Shown piece by piece: positions 61,156 to 64,000 of a stretch of DNA of 64,000 nt. A program made the translations under genes and the position numbers. The notes beneath the pieces are model-generated. The model saw only the letters and a list, made by a program, of their open reading frames with translations, was not told where the DNA came from and did no database searches. Source of the DNA: a virus. Every line of letters starts with the position of its first letter. The first letter of the stretch is position 1. The stretch covers positions 1 through 64,000 of IMG/VR virus record IMGVR_UViG_3300025928_000005, one strand, 5' to 3'.

Positions 61156-61185
61156 CGCGTCAGGAATCGAGGAAGGAGACGACTC

Positions 61186-61329
61186 GTGGACTTCGAGGCC
61201 AGTGAGGACGACTTTCAGAGCTGGACGCCGTGCGAGATGTATGGTCACGACTACTCGCTGTGCGACCTGGACGACGGCACGACGGTCTACAGCTGCAGTG
61301 AGTGCGGCGAACCCGGCGATTCAGACTAG
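61186..61329 (+). CDS. small acidic Cys/His protein (47 aa)
   Basis: MDFEASEDDFQSWTPCEMYGHDY...CSECGEPGDSD; own promoter and RBS. Confidence 0.7.
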   Translation: MDFEASEDDFQSWTPCEMYGHDYSLCDLDDGTTVYSCSECGEPGDSD

Positions 61330-61871
61330 ATCAAGTTGATCTTACGGGCCTCGGCGAGCTCGCGCTCGAGCTTCGCGATCTCCGCGTCGACGCTGTCGAC
61401 GCTGATGATCTCGGCCTTGGTGGGCGCGTCGAGGCCCAGGAGGCGCGCCCGCCGCTCCTTGATCTTGAGAATGCGGTCGACGATCTCCATGAGGAGGCGC
61501 TTGTCCGGAACGGGCAGGCCCTCCTCGTCGACGATGATCCGGCCCTGCTGGACGAGGCGCGGATTGGCCTGCAGCTCCCGCCAGCAGATGGCCTCGAGCT
61601 CGTCGTAGCTCTGCAGCTCGAGGGCCCGCGTCTCGTCCGTCGCGAAGCGGACGGCGCGGGCCATCGCGCGCTTGATGCCGGCGGCGGCCCGGTCCTCGCT
61701 GGGGCCGTTCTCCCGCTTGCCGCCGTGCCACAGCTCGAGGTGGATCGCGATCTGCTCGAGCGTCCACCCGAGAGCCTTGAGGCGCGCCGCCTCGGCGTCC
61801 CGGGTGCGGCCGTAGCTATCCACCGGGCCGATGGGAAGGGGCATCAGGAGGCGCTCGTTCTCGGTGCTCAT
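61326..61871 (-). CDS. terS: terminase small subunit
   Basis: HTH N-terminus; RILKIKERRARLLGLDAP; upstream of terL. Confidence 0.8.
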   Translation of the reverse strand: MSTENERLLMPLPIGPVDSYGRTRDAEAARLKALGWTLEQIAIHLELWHGGKRENGPSEDRAAAGIKRAMARAVRFATDETRALELQSYDELEAICWRELQANPRLVQQGRIIVDEEGLPVPDKRLLMEIVDRILKIKERRARLLGLDAPTKAEIISVDSVDAEIAKLERELAEARKINLI

Positions 61872-61899
61872 CCGATCCTCCCTCTGGGTCCAGGTATGC

Positions 61900-61936
61900 G
61901 ACGACCCCACCCCCGGGGGACAGGGGTGGGGTCGTC
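61900..61936 (-). terminator. perfect 14-bp stem-loop between rpf and terS
   Basis: GACGACCCCACCCC-N9-GGGGTGGGGTCGTC. Confidence 0.65.
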
Positions 61937-61960
61937 ATCTCCTCCGGGCGGTGGAGGTCT

Positions 61961-62674
<714 letters not shown>

Positions 62675-62767
62675 TCACCCACGGTCGGTCGCCGCTCTCG
62701 CGGTACCGAGCTGGGGCGCTGACCGCAGCCATCGGCAGGCTGTTGAGACAGGTCACCTCTTGGCGAT

Positions 62768-62848
62768 AGTATACCTCGTCACAATCAGCGTTGCCATCAA
62801 CCGGTGGCTGCGCGGCCTGAACCTATCAACCATTGAAGATCAAGTAAA
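62768..62848 (-). promoter_or_regulatory. tandem promoters TTTACT-N17-TAGGTT and TGGCAA-N17-TATACT
   Basis: AT-richer intergenic region upstream of rpf and the virion operon. Confidence 0.65.
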
Positions 62849-62873
62849 CACCTGAGGTACGAGGAATAACACT

Positions 62874-63155
62874 TCAGTCGGCGGCGTCGATCTGGCCGGC
62901 GACCGCCTCGTGAGCCTTGATCAGCTTCTCGGCGAGGTAGACCCGTACGTGACGCTTGCGGGAGCCGTTGACGCGCTTGCCGACCGGCCGCAGCTTGATC
63001 AGGTCGATGAGGCTGCGGACCTGGCCCTCGCTGAGGTTGGGCGGCCCGAGCAGCTCGGCCGCGTCGTACACGGACCAGTACTCCGTGGCGAGGGTGGGAA
63101 CGACCGGCAGGTCACGCGAGGACCAGCCGCGGCGGGGTGAGGTGGGGTCAGTCAC
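62874..63155 (-). CDS. putative HTH DNA-binding protein
   Basis: WSVYDAAELLG....QVRSLI. Confidence 0.6.
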   Translation of the reverse strand: MTDPTSPRRGWSSRDLPVVPTLATEYWSVYDAAELLGPPNLSEGQVRSLIDLIKLRPVGKRVNGSRKRHVRVYLAEKLIKAHEAVAGQIDAAD

Positions 63156-63811
63156 GAGGCGATCCCTACGTCTTGAGTGGCTGAGGCAGGCAGGCCGACG
63201 GTGCCGTCTCGCCAGGCGAGGACCCAGTCCTGGGTCACGACCGAGTAATCCATGCGGGCGACGGGGCGGCGCTCGTCACCGTCGGCGCAGGCTGGGTTGA
63301 CGCACCGGACCTCGCCGCGGCTGGACCAGAACCGCAGGGTGAGGCAGCTACAATAAGGGCAGCGAGCCTCCGACTGGCCGACGTTCCGGGGCAGCCGACG
63401 GGGGACGTCCCGCTCCCCGAGGACGACCAGGGAGCGTGAGCACCAGCCACCGAGCTGGTGGGCGGGCTCGAGGAGCCACGAGTCCTGGACGGCCTCGGCG
63501 AGGTTGCCGATCGCCCGCAAGGCGAAGATCGTGTTGGCGTCGTCACCGCCGCGGGCGTGCCAGCGCATGCCGGCGAGGTCGCGAAGGTCGTTCTCGAGGT
63601 AGCGAGCGAGCGCGTGCAGCTCGAGGACGAGGTGAGCCACCGGGGCGTTCCACGGGGGCTGCGAGTGGTCGATCCGACCGGACCGACCCCGACCACCGAG
63701 CCGGCTGACCGCGGTCGCGATGATCGCGGCCAGCCGGGCGTTGAGGTCGACGGCGCTGCTGACCGCGTCGAGCAACCGATCGCGGCCCGTTGATCTTACG
63801 GGCTCCGTCAT
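63152..63811 (-). CDS. phage hypothetical protein with Zn ribbon, leaderless
   Basis: SQPPWN, CPYC...CVNPAC; TGATACTAT -10 six nt upstream of ATG. Confidence 0.75.
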   Translation of the reverse strand: MTEPVRSTGRDRLLDAVSSAVDLNARLAAIIATAVSRLGGRGRSGRIDHSQPPWNAPVAHLVLELHALARYLENDLRDLAGMRWHARGGDDANTIFALRAIGNLAEAVQDSWLLEPAHQLGGWCSRSLVVLGERDVPRRLPRNVGQSEARCPYCSCLTLRFWSSRGEVRCVNPACADGDERRPVARMDYSVVTQDWVLAWRDGTVGLPASATQDVGIAS

Positions 63812-63849
63812 GGTGCGATAGTATCACCGCACTGACCATCGTTCGCTGA

Positions 63850-64000
63850 TCAGAAGTTACCGTTCGATACCTGAAGGCAGGGGATCCCGACCACGTTTCG
63901 CCACAGGTCGACGACCTGGTTGCGGTCGTCGAAAGCGGCGATGACGTTGAACCTGGGCTGGATCAGAACGTAGAAGAGGTGCCGCTTCAGGTCGACATCC
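63850..64000 (-). CDS. C-terminus of HAD-family polynucleotide kinase/phosphatase (PseT-like), partial
   Basis: DLKRHLF...FDDRNQVVDLWRNVVGIPCLQVSNGNF*. Confidence 0.8.
   Translation of the reverse strand, partial: DVDLKRHLFYVLIQPRFNVIAAFDDRNQVVDLWRNVVGIPCLQVSNGNF

Overview
The whole window is part of a high-GC (roughly 70% by eye) tailed dsDNA phage genome. It is a siphovirus, most likely of an actinobacterial host: it has SigA/HrdB-type TTTACA-N17-TAnnnT promoters, leaderless genes and an Rpf gene. No host genes, integrase, tRNA or CRISPR array were recognised, and both ends cut through genes. Layout: (1) 1-5.8 kb, minus strand: small early genes, an HNH and a RecD/Dda-like helicase. (2) 5.9-25.7 kb, plus strand: nucleotide metabolism, replication and recombination (kinase-UDG fusion, dCMP-type thymidylate-synthase homologue, dCMP deaminase, PolA, RuvC-like, SNF2 helicase, Cas4/AddB-like exonuclease, Sak4-like ATPase, SSB). 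This is followed by a GT-B glycosyltransferase / dNTP pyrophosphatase / Dcm-like / FkbM block and promoter-led early cassettes ending in an ADP-ribosyltransferase. (3) 25.8-64 kb, minus strand, in transcription order: LysM-Rpf, terminase, fibre genes, portal, protease, capsid, a glycosyltransferase/epimerase/methyltransferase block, head-tail, tail, tape measure and lysis genes. Best candidates for new biology: a T4-style cytosine hypermodification pathway extended by a divergent C5-MTase-fold protein and an FkbM methyltransferase; a portal fused to HiPIP-like, Nudix and ParB/Srx domains; a protamine-like His/Arg ORF in frame directly after the TAG of the head-tail adaptor; and promoters whose -35 box sits at the apex of co-varying inverted repeats, followed by tandem (C/A)AGGAAC leader motifs. 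All family calls come from motif recognition by eye; no database searches were run.
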